Source: Candidatus Woesearchaeota archaeon
GTDB taxonomy: Archaea > Nanobdellota > Nanobdellia > Woesearchaeales > GW2011-AR15
DNA: 64,000 nt
Assembly (NCBI GenBank): GCA_038874655.1
Contig: JAVZBY010000002.1
Span: forward strand, 86,040-150,039
Direction: 5' to 3'
Shown: positions 52,701 through 61,002 of the stretch, in pieces
How the letters are laid out: every line of letters begins with the position of its first letter
Position numbering within the stretch: the stretch's first letter is position 1
Notes under the pieces: model-generated
The model's database searches: none
Seen by the model: the letters and a program-made list of their open reading frames with translations, nothing else
Told to the model about the DNA's origin: nothing
Translations under genes and position numbers: made by a program

Positions 52701-55285
52701 TTAATTTAAGTTCTTTAAATACACCTATTGAAATGATTCATAATTTATCATTTGTTTTAGAATATTGTCATTCAGGAGTTCAAACAAATCCATTGTGTAA
52801 TCAAGGTTATCCTCATGAAGGAATTAGAAATGGAGATCAAATGATAGCAATTTATAACTTTTCAAATAATCAATGGTTTAATTTAACAAATCTAACTGTT
52901 AATAGTTTATCAGATGCAGAAAACACATTAATATTTTATTTAGATGATTTAACTTATAATTTAAGTAATTTTATTCAAAATAATATTTTACATTTACAAA
53001 TAGAAATGGACTTTAATCAAACAGGTGTTCAAGATGATTTATTAGTTATTGACTATTTAGCAATAAATATATCTTATTATTCTTATGTAAGTAGAGATTG
53101 TAAAGCATTAACAACAAAGTTTTTTGAAATAAACAATTTAAATAAAACAAATAAACTAATTCCAAAAACTAATTTTACTATTTATAATTCCTCTTTAAAT
53201 TTAATTGATACAGGTAATAATCCTTATTTTAGATATTTGCCAGAAGATAAGCTTTACTTTGAAGTATTTTCTCATTTTGTTAATGATAATATCTCATATT
53301 TCTTTTATAATTTAAGTTTTGATTCTTCTATAAATTTAACAGCACAAATTAATGAAAATTATAATTATAGTTTGCCTAATTTTAGCCAAACCTATAATGG
53401 AAACACTATAATCAATAATGTGTTAAATATTACCCCCTTAATTTCTGTAAAAGATGATTATATTAGTTTTGAAAAAGCACAATTAAAAATTCCAAAAAGA
53501 GGTTTAGATATTAATACAATATTGCATTGTAAAAACTATAATTATTTAACTTCTGAATGTTTAGAATTTGAGGTAAATGAAACAGATGAATTTGAATTTT
53601 ATGAAGACACTAATTTTATTTATTTTAATGTTTCCAGTTTTGATTCTTTTGGAGGAGGTGTAACAGCAAGTATTCCTAATATTACTAATATTTCAATTTA
53701 TAATGTAACAGGATTAAGTGATACCCATACTGGAGGAATATTAATAGCAAATTCATTAAATACAACCTTTAACTTAACACAAGGAGTTTATAGAATACAA
53801 TTTAGAATTTATAATGCAGGTAGAAGATGGGACATTGTTGGTAATGATGTTGTTTATCATTCTGGATTAAATAATACTTGGTTTATTAATACAACGAGAG
53901 ATATTTGGTATGTTGACAGTGTTTCAACAACTAATAGAACAGGTGGCAATTTCACAAATGGCAAAGTTGTTTGGAATACAAGCCAGCTAGGAAGGATAAA
54001 TGCTGGAGCAGTTGGATATTTCTACTATGTTGTAAATATAACAACAAATAAATCAGAAACTTATCAGGTATATTTTTTAATTAATGATACAAGCTCTAGA
54101 AGTGGTAGTTATGATTATTCTGCTTATAAAATAAAAGACACAATTCCACCTTATATAGTTTTAAACACACCTTTGAGAAATGATAACCTCTCTTATGGAA
54201 ATGTTTTATTTAATTTTTCTGTTTTTGATAATTCTGATTATAATTTAACTTGTAATTTATCCATAAACCAAAACAATGTTTTAAATAATATAAACAGCAG
54301 AAACAAAAACACAACTATTGTTTATTATACTCTTTTAAATTCTGGAGTTTATAATTGGTCTGTTTCATGCATTGATATTGATGGAAACTATAATGTAAGT
54401 GAAAAAAGAAACTTTACACTAATTAGTGGCCCAGAGTTTATTGACATAAATATTACAGAGACAAATACAAGTATAAGATTGAATTGGTCAAGTTCTTTGT
54501 TTGCGGATTCTTATTCAATCTTTATAACAACAAACTATTCAGCAGGGTTTTCATTAATCCCAAATGTCACAGGTATAACTAGTTTAGAATGGGTTGATAA
54601 TAATGCTTTTGCAAATGAAAAAAGATATTATAAAATAGCAGCTGTAAAAGGAAACGCATATGCATTAAGTAATAAAACAGCAGGAAAACAAACAATGCAA
54701 TTATATCCAAATTGGAATTTAATAAGTGTGCCTTTTAATTTAACAGAATGGCAAATCTTTAATGGAACACATGGAAGAAAAATATTTACAAATCCTTTAT
54801 GTATTGTTTCAATCTGGCGTTATAATTCCTCAAACCAAAGTTATGAAAAAACTGATAATTTCAATGGAATTTTTATTCCTTCAATTGGCTCAGAATCATT
54901 CACTCATTTAGAAAATGGAAAGGGCTATTGGTTTGAAGTAGACAAAAATTGTAATTTAACATTTTATGGAATTGTGCCAGATAATAACTCAACATATGAA
55001 TTAAATCCTCTTTGGAATATAATGGGGCATTACTCTGCAAAAGATCCTTTGCTTGAAGATGAGTCAATAATGAAAATAATAGATGTTCAACCTGAAGATA
55101 GTGTCCAAACAATTGTTAAATATAATCCATTAAAAAGTGATTTTGAAGTTAGTGTTCATTATCCTGGCTTTGGATGGTGGCCAAGCTTCAATAATCAAGA
55201 TTTCATTTACTTAAATCCAATGCTAGGTTATTATTTTGATGTTTTACAAAAATCAAATTGGACGCATGATCCAAATAAAGGATAA
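43763..55285 (+). CDS. Giant secreted surface glycoprotein (3840 aa): shared N-terminal scaffold, beta-propeller-like region, two blocks of five MG2-like repeats, DUF2341-like domain plus Cys-rich domain, Ig/FN3, C-terminal WNL tandem domain
   Basis: Signal helix, repeated T(D/N/E)K..Y...E.V.I.G, WWNSSWQKRIPI, C-terminal PNWNLISVP/GYWF. Confidence 0.9.
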   Translation: MLYLKKNNLLNLLVIFLLILLFISVFFINSQPKIISYEYIEKSENTPLDYFEITLNYEDLSNTKVDIISTEKTYSFLNPEKKIKFFPKEYGKHEINFYKEDVLLDSSYFIYANENSIYTDKTNYSIGEQVTISIISTKETKNFILELIDNNNKKYNLFSPSSIVKFIPNSAGNYKINLIKDNNKIAQTEFYVESKEIEPINYEGHSNYEIVKTQLKIKPLSNLTENLGKLNNSLEITGKNKKLEYELEIINSSDLINENNLIQNNKKTKLKLKNSHIKEIEFSTNFQGNLKIDEPNIKKIKIENQNFNVPEIPVLASYAIDPRDLEFENATIKASAKGNQLWKCKDWDFNNSLCLGRWEKILDLIPGEDYTFVLDKQDPGFIETGIASINTNKPIYLPNETVKLDIVIVNKYGYLADADINIKITNPLNQSFDFSETQITKIQKGIYELNFSNTNEIGLYEIEIIALGNNVNSTLFSYFFVNNSYDFDIIRKAKQVIDPKNEYFISEINIDIKNLELISKNYNFTEVLPESFEIIKTEPNAEIIIENNTKKLIWRNLYENSKILYIAQPPIKSPELYQINSYIEYEQDLKYNLFKESRPWFLAIDPRAVSAIFVYKDTVDSGIVKYRIWNSSTNSLMPEQNGPNVGSPPTWQTIKCMKEAPLCLLVAVQADTTIDFAYYNESNNQWSSVTNLGTVDDDYKSVDIACEDLSGNCLIAYETSTAANNQFAYRIFNATSQTLGAQNLVTITAATANAFRYINLYPKYNSNQIAIVLQNLQTGGGEYEAAIWNGSESGGFIDWQELYADSGDITKKTYSCSWEGTSNDLICFYVRDTITGLYAWNYNSLTRTWTDLGEVWPRTDIGQEPANIFSCGETPETGDLNHDSVMVMFVDRGADRLGSIWNGTNFLLTIRPTQDGNTEVSRDDTMACSWTHDGNTNVMAWVDADSLIPEWGTYSYLTNSFSFAQWDVGSTVGMPTWADDVESLRISLNPENDEMLLTGHALTLGTIPSNVNCTRWTGSTFDITGCENVETTGNLDITSGREFTTYIDVDWFRYNAPPLVSALIYPLNNSNITTSNVNFTFIVSDDIALRNCSIYLNNSGWQSAGVLFLVKNGQPSNLTLSLADDKYTWNVLCYDSSTPSKIDWYDYNYTFTLDASPPNITNLNIEPEKQLVNLFVNISVNVSDYLGIKFVIAEITYPNLTIKNFTMTENGNIFNLTFTETTQLGLYNLTIHSEDLFGNKNSSIKSNFNISLEDLYLETDKNTYIADETVYILGKGFYPNNKITLYLYDPTGDPILGFPYNVSSNLTGGINSTWIIPNNPVLGYYKLNATDTFDKTRSINISFRIVSAIAETDKTNYEQGDFVLITGYNWDPYANITINITDPNNQQVFGQINLTANSTGNINTTWQIPYNATLGNYNLRAFQTNDLSKKSSYIFSVSKRNTNLSTDFDWYYLGDTIYVLGYGFSPESNITVYVYDNTGSPISHFPKNYTSNNTGAINFSFVFPIELYEDTFYINATDLKYPNLYTNTSFMIVSPYVQTDKDYYSDGETVYIYGYYFPRNKNITINITDVDSNLISGYPKNVSSDNNGFFTDTTTAYSGTLAQTPYDVLAFYPQNPNLQSLYTYYVLSITSLSTDKKYYTWWEIVNITGKSYSETSYVDVFIKDLYNSGSVLNYPQRELTNSLGRFNHYFNVSNYCPTDLNIIGTDVAYPDLLNASTNITIRGWWNSSWQKRIPIYITNLLNENRTNERIFVNITGLGGYIKNCINESRIISTETWQEIPLNVIGGDNSTFCEIVFLANITANKINDTKYYYYYNNSNAKNPNYPILEGYYYQILYDGFDGTTDFKISAGDCLIDGTHECIDSYPWDGFDLCRESDAATAYGVCASPYMGVKGGRGLWARGGLDQNTAGDGLFYYLNSTPCNNDFCHNIFLSYYEAAFSLDLATEGSRVYVNDSTTTLTISSCQNAQPCESTVLATTYLVAQYVRTDLCRNYTGFNCNNNLTLRFTSYNPGTDLANNDYIGWDEINLTGYRRYAPKIETTIGEKQNYVECEHIDITPPNITINYPQIFSNTSKLEPFFNFTIIDDYSKLLNYSIYVNGIFNGQKGQALNNSNITLNITGLSEGRHYIIIEAIDKFSNAYNSTKWNITIDITPPNTTITTPVNFTNISSNSFLIEADAIDNLVGVDSVLFFYRNNSQQEWQFLCSDNTIPYRCTWDISLLQDNNTYQLKAYANDTVGNNGLNYTVGNITIDRNGPITLITEPWNYTKLNGSSYLIKVNVTDLLSRVDSIFILYRKNSTENWINLCVDKTYPYECLFNYENLEEGNLYEIRAYSNDSVGNYGLNDTIYNLSINMQGPNITNYNASPLNQKLGLPVQIFANITDKTAVSYAYANIVMPNGTNINLSMADDDLNSIYNTTFYQTYLIGTYNVSIYSNDTFNNINNTETFTFNITYDSLNLYTNKNKYVAGEYVLIYGSGFNAFSNITIYIYNSTNDTLAGFPYDVISNSTGGINLIWVIPIDLELEYYYINATDKQDINRSITTSFEIVSAIIETDKLDYQQGNPVFIFGNYFDENEVVYVNITNPLNELVFEINLTANSTGNINTTWYSDFNETIGNYILSAQQISNPLKKDTYEFTISQRSVYVFTDYPFYKENEIVNVLGYGFSFNPTEYIGTNVSIYIYDQDGISILGYPINLTTNASGNFNYFFIINNLNEGNYTINVTDLNYPNLNNFTKFEVALSTLYTDKTNYINGEIVNIYGSYWTKNTKITIDIKNESGISITGYPKNITSSNLGNISDSLIAQAIGYGITTYKIIAFNPLFNKENATINFTVQRKAILETEKSVYDLNELINISGFFFSQNSPVEILIRYLNNSGFAYYYPKTIISNVNGDITHQFNNTYLCTGSYIIEATDKTFTSLYANTTFNISFINKNSTIKPSYNATASGLYSVFANYGNSYQSDNTYEYFGGIDLNTNFNAFLNYSFNLSSLNTPIEMIHNLSFVLEYCHSGVQTNPLCNQGYPHEGIRNGDQMIAIYNFSNNQWFNLTNLTVNSLSDAENTLIFYLDDLTYNLSNFIQNNILHLQIEMDFNQTGVQDDLLVIDYLAINISYYSYVSRDCKALTTKFFEINNLNKTNKLIPKTNFTIYNSSLNLIDTGNNPYFRYLPEDKLYFEVFSHFVNDNISYFFYNLSFDSSINLTAQINENYNYSLPNFSQTYNGNTIINNVLNITPLISVKDDYISFEKAQLKIPKRGLDINTILHCKNYNYLTSECLEFEVNETDEFEFYEDTNFIYFNVSSFDSFGGGVTASIPNITNISIYNVTGLSDTHTGGILIANSLNTTFNLTQGVYRIQFRIYNAGRRWDIVGNDVVYHSGLNNTWFINTTRDIWYVDSVSTTNRTGGNFTNGKVVWNTSQLGRINAGAVGYFYYVVNITTNKSETYQVYFLINDTSSRSGSYDYSAYKIKDTIPPYIVLNTPLRNDNLSYGNVLFNFSVFDNSDYNLTCNLSINQNNVLNNINSRNKNTTIVYYTLLNSGVYNWSVSCIDIDGNYNVSEKRNFTLISGPEFIDINITETNTSIRLNWSSSLFADSYSIFITTNYSAGFSLIPNVTGITSLEWVDNNAFANEKRYYKIAAVKGNAYALSNKTAGKQTMQLYPNWNLISVPFNLTEWQIFNGTHGRKIFTNPLCIVSIWRYNSSNQSYEKTDNFNGIFIPSIGSESFTHLENGKGYWFEVDKNCNLTFYGIVPDNNSTYELNPLWNIMGHYSAKDPLLEDESIMKIIDVQPEDSVQTIVKYNPLKSDFEVSVHYPGFGWWPSFNNQDFIYLNPMLGYYFDVLQKSNWTHDPNKG

Positions 55286-55328
55286 ATAGTTTTAAATGAA
55301 TAAAATTGAAAAAAATTAAATATATAAA

Positions 55329-57545
55329 ATGAAAAAGAATATATTTAATATAAAAATATCGCAGTATATATTTTTAGTAATTTTAAATCTCTTTTTAGTT
55401 AAGTTTTCATTTTCACAGCCAATGCCATTAGGTATAGATGGTTATGTTTATGGTTTAGATGGTGAATTAGCTGATTCAAGTGTTAAATTTTCAGTATTAA
55501 ATCAAAACAATGGCTATTATATAGAATCTAATTTAAGAGAGGGTTATTATTCTGTTGCAGTAAATGGTAATAAAGGTGATAAAATAATAGTAAGTGCTTG
55601 GACATTATTCAATAATAGTGTTCTAAACAATGTTTCAGAAGAAGTAATTTTAAATGGAGTTATCCATAATTTTAATTTGGTTTTAAATTTATCAAAACCA
55701 CAATTGCCTAACAAAAAACCAGTCATTATCTCACAACCAATCACAAAAGCATATGAAGATTCATATTATTATTATCAAATTTATGCTGTTGATGAGAATA
55801 ATGATACTCTTATTTATTCAATAGAATCAGATAATTTAAGTATTACTATAAATCAATCAGGTTTTGTTTCATTTTTGCCAGAACAAAAAGACGTTGGCTT
55901 TCATGATATTAAAATAATTGTAAGTGATGGCACTTTATTTGAAACACAGGAATATGAATTAGAAGTGATTAATGTAAATGATCTGCCTATAATTACATCA
56001 ATACCCAACACAAGTGCAATGACAAATAAACCTTATTCATATCAAATTGAGGTTTATGATGAAGATTCTAATTCATTTATTTATGATTTAATTGAAAATC
56101 CAACAGGAATGACAATTTCTAATACTGGTTTGATTTCTTGGCTTCCCACAAATTCAGGCATTTATAATATTACTATAAATGTTTCAGATTGGATTAATTC
56201 AACAATACAAAGTTTTACAATTTATGTATTAGAAGAGCCAAATAATCCACCTATAATTATTAGCTATCCAAACACAACAATAAAACAAAATGATTTATTT
56301 GTTTATGAAATAAATGCTTATGATTATGATAATGATAATTTATCTTATTATTTAATAGATGCTCCTAATAACATGACTTTAAATAATAATATTTTATTTT
56401 GGCAAACAAATTATAATGATGTGGGTTCCCATAATGTTTTATTAAAAGTCCAAGATTCAAAAGGTTCTTATGCTTTACAAAATTTTACTTTAAAAGTTAT
56501 AAATGTTAACGATATCCCAATCATAATTTCTGAACCAATAACACAAACAAATGTTTTTAATTATTATGTTTATGATGTTGAGGCCATTGATTATGATAAT
56601 GACACAATAACTTATGCTTTAATTGAAAAACCAAAGTTTATGTACATAAATAAAGACACAGGTAAAATAATTTGGGTTCCTTTTAAAGAAGGTTTCTACA
56701 AGGTAATTGTAGCAGCATATGATAAATTTTCTTTAACAACACAGGAATTTTATATTAATGTATCTAAGCAAACAAAAAAAAGTAATTTTTACATTAATTA
56801 TCTAAAACAATATAATGAATTTAGCTATTTAGATATTGAAAATTCTAATTTGTATTTAAAAAGAATTTCAATAAATAAAAATTCAGGCAATCCTTTATTA
56901 ATATCAGGATACAATAAAAATAATGTTTATTTTATTAACATAAATGATTTAAAAGGTCAAATAAATTATGTAAATGGTTCATTATTCTTTGTAGTGCCCA
57001 AAAATTTGGCATATGAAAATTTATCATTATATCAAAATGGAAAAAAATTAAAAACAAAGTTATTGAAATCAGATAAAAATTATAATTATTATGTTTCAGA
57101 ATTTAACAAATTAGGTGTTTTTTATTTCTATACTAAATATCATCAAATTAATACACCTAAGAAAAATATTATTATTACAGGAAAAATAAATTTCTTAAAT
57201 TCACCTATAACACAAGGAATTGAATATGAGATTACTAATTTGAAAACCAATCTCACAAAAAAAGGCATTACAAGTGATAAATTTAATGCTTATGCTGAAT
57301 TGATTGATGCTGAGTATAATGATGAAGTAAAAATAACTTTAAAAAAAGACAAAACTAAATTAGAAGAAAAAACAATAAAAATAACAGGTGATGTTGTCAG
57401 AGAAGATATTAATTTAACAATAACAAAAGAAGATTATATCAAATTATTAACTCAACAAAAAATAAAAAAATTGTTATTAAATTTGTTCATAGTATTATTT
57501 TTTATTTTATTTTTGAGTTTTGTTTTTAAAAAAATAAAAAGATAA
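55329..57545 (+). CDS. Membrane-anchored protein with four cadherin-like/putative Ig repeats
   Basis: Four N..P.I.S.P...Y.Y.I.A.D.D.D...Y.L units, an N-terminal PMP-start beta domain and a C-terminal TM helix. Confidence 0.85.
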   Translation: MKKNIFNIKISQYIFLVILNLFLVKFSFSQPMPLGIDGYVYGLDGELADSSVKFSVLNQNNGYYIESNLREGYYSVAVNGNKGDKIIVSAWTLFNNSVLNNVSEEVILNGVIHNFNLVLNLSKPQLPNKKPVIISQPITKAYEDSYYYYQIYAVDENNDTLIYSIESDNLSITINQSGFVSFLPEQKDVGFHDIKIIVSDGTLFETQEYELEVINVNDLPIITSIPNTSAMTNKPYSYQIEVYDEDSNSFIYDLIENPTGMTISNTGLISWLPTNSGIYNITINVSDWINSTIQSFTIYVLEEPNNPPIIISYPNTTIKQNDLFVYEINAYDYDNDNLSYYLIDAPNNMTLNNNILFWQTNYNDVGSHNVLLKVQDSKGSYALQNFTLKVINVNDIPIIISEPITQTNVFNYYVYDVEAIDYDNDTITYALIEKPKFMYINKDTGKIIWVPFKEGFYKVIVAAYDKFSLTTQEFYINVSKQTKKSNFYINYLKQYNEFSYLDIENSNLYLKRISINKNSGNPLLISGYNKNNVYFININDLKGQINYVNGSLFFVVPKNLAYENLSLYQNGKKLKTKLLKSDKNYNYYVSEFNKLGVFYFYTKYHQINTPKKNIIITGKINFLNSPITQGIEYEITNLKTNLTKKGITSDKFNAYAELIDAEYNDEVKITLKKDKTKLEEKTIKITGDVVREDINLTITKEDYIKLLTQQKIKKLLLNLFIVLFFILFLSFVFKKIKR

Positions 57546-57682
57546 AAAAATTTATATATCTTAGGTTCTTTATTATTAATAATTTGTTAATTTTAGAGAA
57601 CAATAATTTTTAAATAAAATATTATTTAATAACAATAAAATTAGTAATAATAAATGAATTAAAAATAAATGAATATAAAAAA

Positions 57683-58201
57683 ATGAAAATCTCACAAAAA
57701 AATAAAAAAATAAAAAACACATTAAGTGAAAAAGAACTAAAATTTATATCTTTTTTAGAATTAAAAAATCAATACTTTTTTAATAGAGAAGATATTAAAA
57801 ATTTTTTTAATAGTTCAAATGAAATGAATGTTTATATACATAGATTAAAAAAAAAAGGCAGATTAATTAAATTGAATAAATCTAAGTATTATCTTATTCC
57901 TATAAAGGCAATTGAGAATAAATGGTCAGAGCATCCTTTTATCTTGATTGATGAAATTATGAATGGAAAAGATTATTGTATTGTTGGAAAAGCTGCTTTG
58001 TATTATTGGAAATTAATTGAGCAAATACCTTATGAATATGAAATATATAATACAAGAATTCATAAAGAATTATTTATTTTTAATACAAAACTTAAATTCA
58101 TAAAAAGAAGAAAAAAAAATCTTCCAGATTATGTAATTAAGAAAATAAATAACCATCCATTTAAAATAATAAGAAAAGAAATGGCAGAAAAATGGTTATA
58201 A
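57683..58201 (+). CDS. Type IV toxin-antitoxin antitoxin, AbiEi-like
   Basis: RLKKKGRLIKLNKSKYYLIP wHTH and YCIVGKAALYYWKLIEQIP motif. Overlaps the toxin gene. Confidence 0.8.
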   Translation: MKISQKNKKIKNTLSEKELKFISFLELKNQYFFNREDIKNFFNSSNEMNVYIHRLKKKGRLIKLNKSKYYLIPIKAIENKWSEHPFILIDEIMNGKDYCIVGKAALYYWKLIEQIPYEYEIYNTRIHKELFIFNTKLKFIKRRKKNLPDYVIKKINNHPFKIIRKEMAEKWL

Positions 58202-58914
58202 CATTAGATGAATTAAAAATAATAGCAAACCAAAAAGGCTATAATCTGTTAATGATTGAGAAGGATTATTTAATAACATATTTGTTATATCTAATAAAAG
58301 ATATTGAACATATTTTTTTTAAAGGAGGCACAGCTTTAAATAAAATTTTTTTAAATTATGAGAGATTATCTGAAGACTTAGATTTTACAATAACAAAAAA
58401 TCCTTCTGAAATTGAAGAATCTATTAAAAATAAGATTAAAAAAACAATTTTTAGAGATATTTCATATGGAAAAAAAACAAAATCTTTTACAAGATTAATT
58501 CTAAATTATAAATTATTTCATGAAAAAGGTTCTATTTATATTGATTTGAATAAAAATGCAAAATTAGAACTTAAGCCTGTTAGATATAAAATAAAGCATT
58601 TTTACAAGGATATTCCAGAGTTTAGTGTTAATTGTTTAGATTTAAAAGAGATGATTGCAGAAAAAGTAATTGCAACAGCAGAAAGATATAAACCAAGAGA
58701 TTTTCTTGATTTATATTGGATAATTAAAAATAATTTCATAATCTCAAAAAAATTAATCCTAAAAAAAAGAAAAAAGTTTTCAAAAGATTTAATCTTTAAA
58801 AACACGAATAAAGTTTATAGTAAATGGGATACAGATTTAAAATATTTAATAAAAACAGATATATCTTTTCAAGAAGTAATTATGACATTAAAAGAATATT
58901 TTAATTATAGATGA
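58192..58914 (+). CDS. Type IV toxin-antitoxin toxin, AbiEii-like nucleotidyltransferase
   Basis: IEKDY, FKGGTAL, RLSEDLDF, AEKV and RDFLDL signature motifs. Confidence 0.92.
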   Translation: MVITLDELKIIANQKGYNLLMIEKDYLITYLLYLIKDIEHIFFKGGTALNKIFLNYERLSEDLDFTITKNPSEIEESIKNKIKKTIFRDISYGKKTKSFTRLILNYKLFHEKGSIYIDLNKNAKLELKPVRYKIKHFYKDIPEFSVNCLDLKEMIAEKVIATAERYKPRDFLDLYWIIKNNFIISKKLILKKRKKFSKDLIFKNTNKVYSKWDTDLKYLIKTDISFQEVIMTLKEYFNYR

Positions 58915-60686
58915 TTCTATTATATGAAAATAATAAAATGAAAAAGAAAAATTTTCAAAGATGTAATCAATTTTTTTTATTTTTACTTATCACACTTTTT
59001 TTAATTATGCTAAAATCTCTCCATGCCCCACCAGAACCAAGAACAGTTAGAGGCACAATTTACACAATAACCTTACAGCAAGCACAATTAGGAACAGATG
59101 TTTTTATTAATGACACAAATTCAAGTGTTTATGTTTATACTAAGACATATGGACCACCTTTTATGCCAGGAATTTATTCTGCTGTTTTGAACTCAAGTCC
59201 AAATGATACTATTTATGTTAAAGCATGGAACGCAACTAGATGGGGATTTAGATATGGATTAATGAATTTAACAGGAGTTGTAATAGATGTTGTTTTGAAT
59301 TTAACAAGAAACAGCGAAGCAAAAGTAATTATCATTAATCCAAAAAATCATACAGAAGTGCCATCTGCAATATTCAATCTAACAGCAAATATTACAATGC
59401 TAGGAAACAATGGTTTCAATTGTTTTGCTACAATCTCCTTTAATACAAGTGTTTTTTCTTTATATAGCGATACTTATACACATTATTTAGGCAATATTAA
59501 CTGGAACACATCAATACAAACAATTTGGTATTTAACAGGAATTAATGACGGCTCTTCAAATTTTACAGTTAATGCCTCATGTGATTCGGATGGTTTGAAA
59601 TTTGATAATTTAGATAGATTTACAGTTTACAATATTTCAAGAGCAGATAACAGAAGTCCTGAAATAAATATTATCTATCCACAAAATAATACAAGACAAA
59701 ACACATTTTTAACAATCTTCTATAATGTGAGTGATGCTTCCATAATAAAAAACTGCTCTCTATATATAAACAATATTTTAAGAAACACAACCAATAATCC
59801 AGAAAGATTTGTGTTAAATAATTTTTCAATTATATTAAATGAAAGTTCTCTATTTTATATTACTTGTACAGATAATAGCCCAAATTTTAACACAGGAACA
59901 TCTGGGATTTTTAATATATCTTTAAATAATGTACCTTTTATTTCTAATTTAATCCTAGAAAATCCCATTAATTTAATACCAGCAACAACAAAAAAGATTT
60001 ATTGTAATGGAACTATAACTGATTTAGATGGTTTTTTAGATATTGTAAAAGTAAATGCATCTTTTTTTCAGCAAGGAAAGCAAAGTCAACTAATTAATTT
60101 AAGTAATAATTATTTTAATTCATCTTGTTCTTTATTTAATGGAATAGGTAATAATATAGGTTTTTCTTGCTCTTTTGATTTAATTTATTATGCTAATAAT
60201 GGAACTTGGTTTTGTAATGTTTCTGTTATTGATTTAATTAATGCAACAAATACAAGTCAAGAACAATCAATAATAAATTCTTTACTTGCTATTGAGGTTT
60301 CACCATCTCTAATTAATTATGGTGATTTACAGATTTTGCAAATAAGTCCTTTTGATCAAATAATTAATATAACTAACTATGGTAATGTACCAATAAACAT
60401 AAGCATTTATTCTTATGCAGAAACAGAAGAAGACAATTTATCTTTAAAATGTGAGACAAGCAATATATCTTATGAATATCATAGATTTTCTAAAACAAAA
60501 GATTCTTTATTTTCAAATATGGCCTTTTTAAACAACTACTTAAATCCTGTAATAACAAATTTAACAATCCCAAAAAAAGAATACAACCAAATAGAAAATT
60601 CCACAAAATCCTTATTTTTTAAATTGCAGATTCCCTTAACAGCTAAAGGAAAATGTAATGGAAGATTAGTTCTGAGTGCTAGTTGA
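58911..60686 (+). CDS. Secreted multidomain protein ending in a family-B domain (true start may be the ATG at 58938)
   Basis: N-terminal half is colinear with the middle of the 917-aa protein. C-terminal half has PINL...YCNGTI.D.D...YYANNGTWFCNV...GKCNGRLVLSAS. Confidence 0.85.
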   Translation: MILLYENNKMKKKNFQRCNQFFLFLLITLFLIMLKSLHAPPEPRTVRGTIYTITLQQAQLGTDVFINDTNSSVYVYTKTYGPPFMPGIYSAVLNSSPNDTIYVKAWNATRWGFRYGLMNLTGVVIDVVLNLTRNSEAKVIIINPKNHTEVPSAIFNLTANITMLGNNGFNCFATISFNTSVFSLYSDTYTHYLGNINWNTSIQTIWYLTGINDGSSNFTVNASCDSDGLKFDNLDRFTVYNISRADNRSPEINIIYPQNNTRQNTFLTIFYNVSDASIIKNCSLYINNILRNTTNNPERFVLNNFSIILNESSLFYITCTDNSPNFNTGTSGIFNISLNNVPFISNLILENPINLIPATTKKIYCNGTITDLDGFLDIVKVNASFFQQGKQSQLINLSNNYFNSSCSLFNGIGNNIGFSCSFDLIYYANNGTWFCNVSVIDLINATNTSQEQSIINSLLAIEVSPSLINYGDLQILQISPFDQIINITNYGNVPINISIYSYAETEEDNLSLKCETSNISYEYHRFSKTKDSLFSNMAFLNNYLNPVITNLTIPKKEYNQIENSTKSLFFKLQIPLTAKGKCNGRLVLSAS

Positions 60687-60776
60687 TTTATAAATATTTG
60701 TTCTATCAAACCAAATAATTACATAAATATTTTAACTTATAAGCCAAATAATAATCAATAATTTTTATTTTAATTA

Positions 60777-60992
60777 TCATACAAATTAATAAAAATCTTA
60801 ATAAATATTTTTTATTATATTCTAAAAAAGAAATATATATAAATAAGTTAATCATACAAATTAATAAAAAATTTTTAAAAATTTAAAAATAATAAATTTA
60901 TCATACAAATTAATATTAAAAATATCAAAAATTAATTAATTTTATTCTAAAAAACAAAAACTTTATAAATAATTTATTCATACAAATTAATA
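60777..60992 (+). repeat. Four exact 15-bp direct repeats TCATACAAATTAATA in a duplicated promoter region
   Basis: Copies start at 60777, 60852, 60901 and 60978. TATA-like boxes lie just before copies 2 and 4. Confidence 0.9.
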
Positions 60993-61002
60993 ATTAAGCG
61001 GT

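Noticed and set aside
18023-58805. Other short overlapping ORFs (18023, 22541, 24082, 27578, 27878, 32194, 33878, 35759, 43236, 46627, 49458, 54900, 55547, 58602)
   Set aside because: They lie within better-supported genes on the opposite strand or in another frame.
60777-60992. Mini CRISPR array
   Set aside because: The repeat is only 15 bp, the gaps are unequal (60, 34, 62 bp), two gaps resemble each other, and no cas genes are present.
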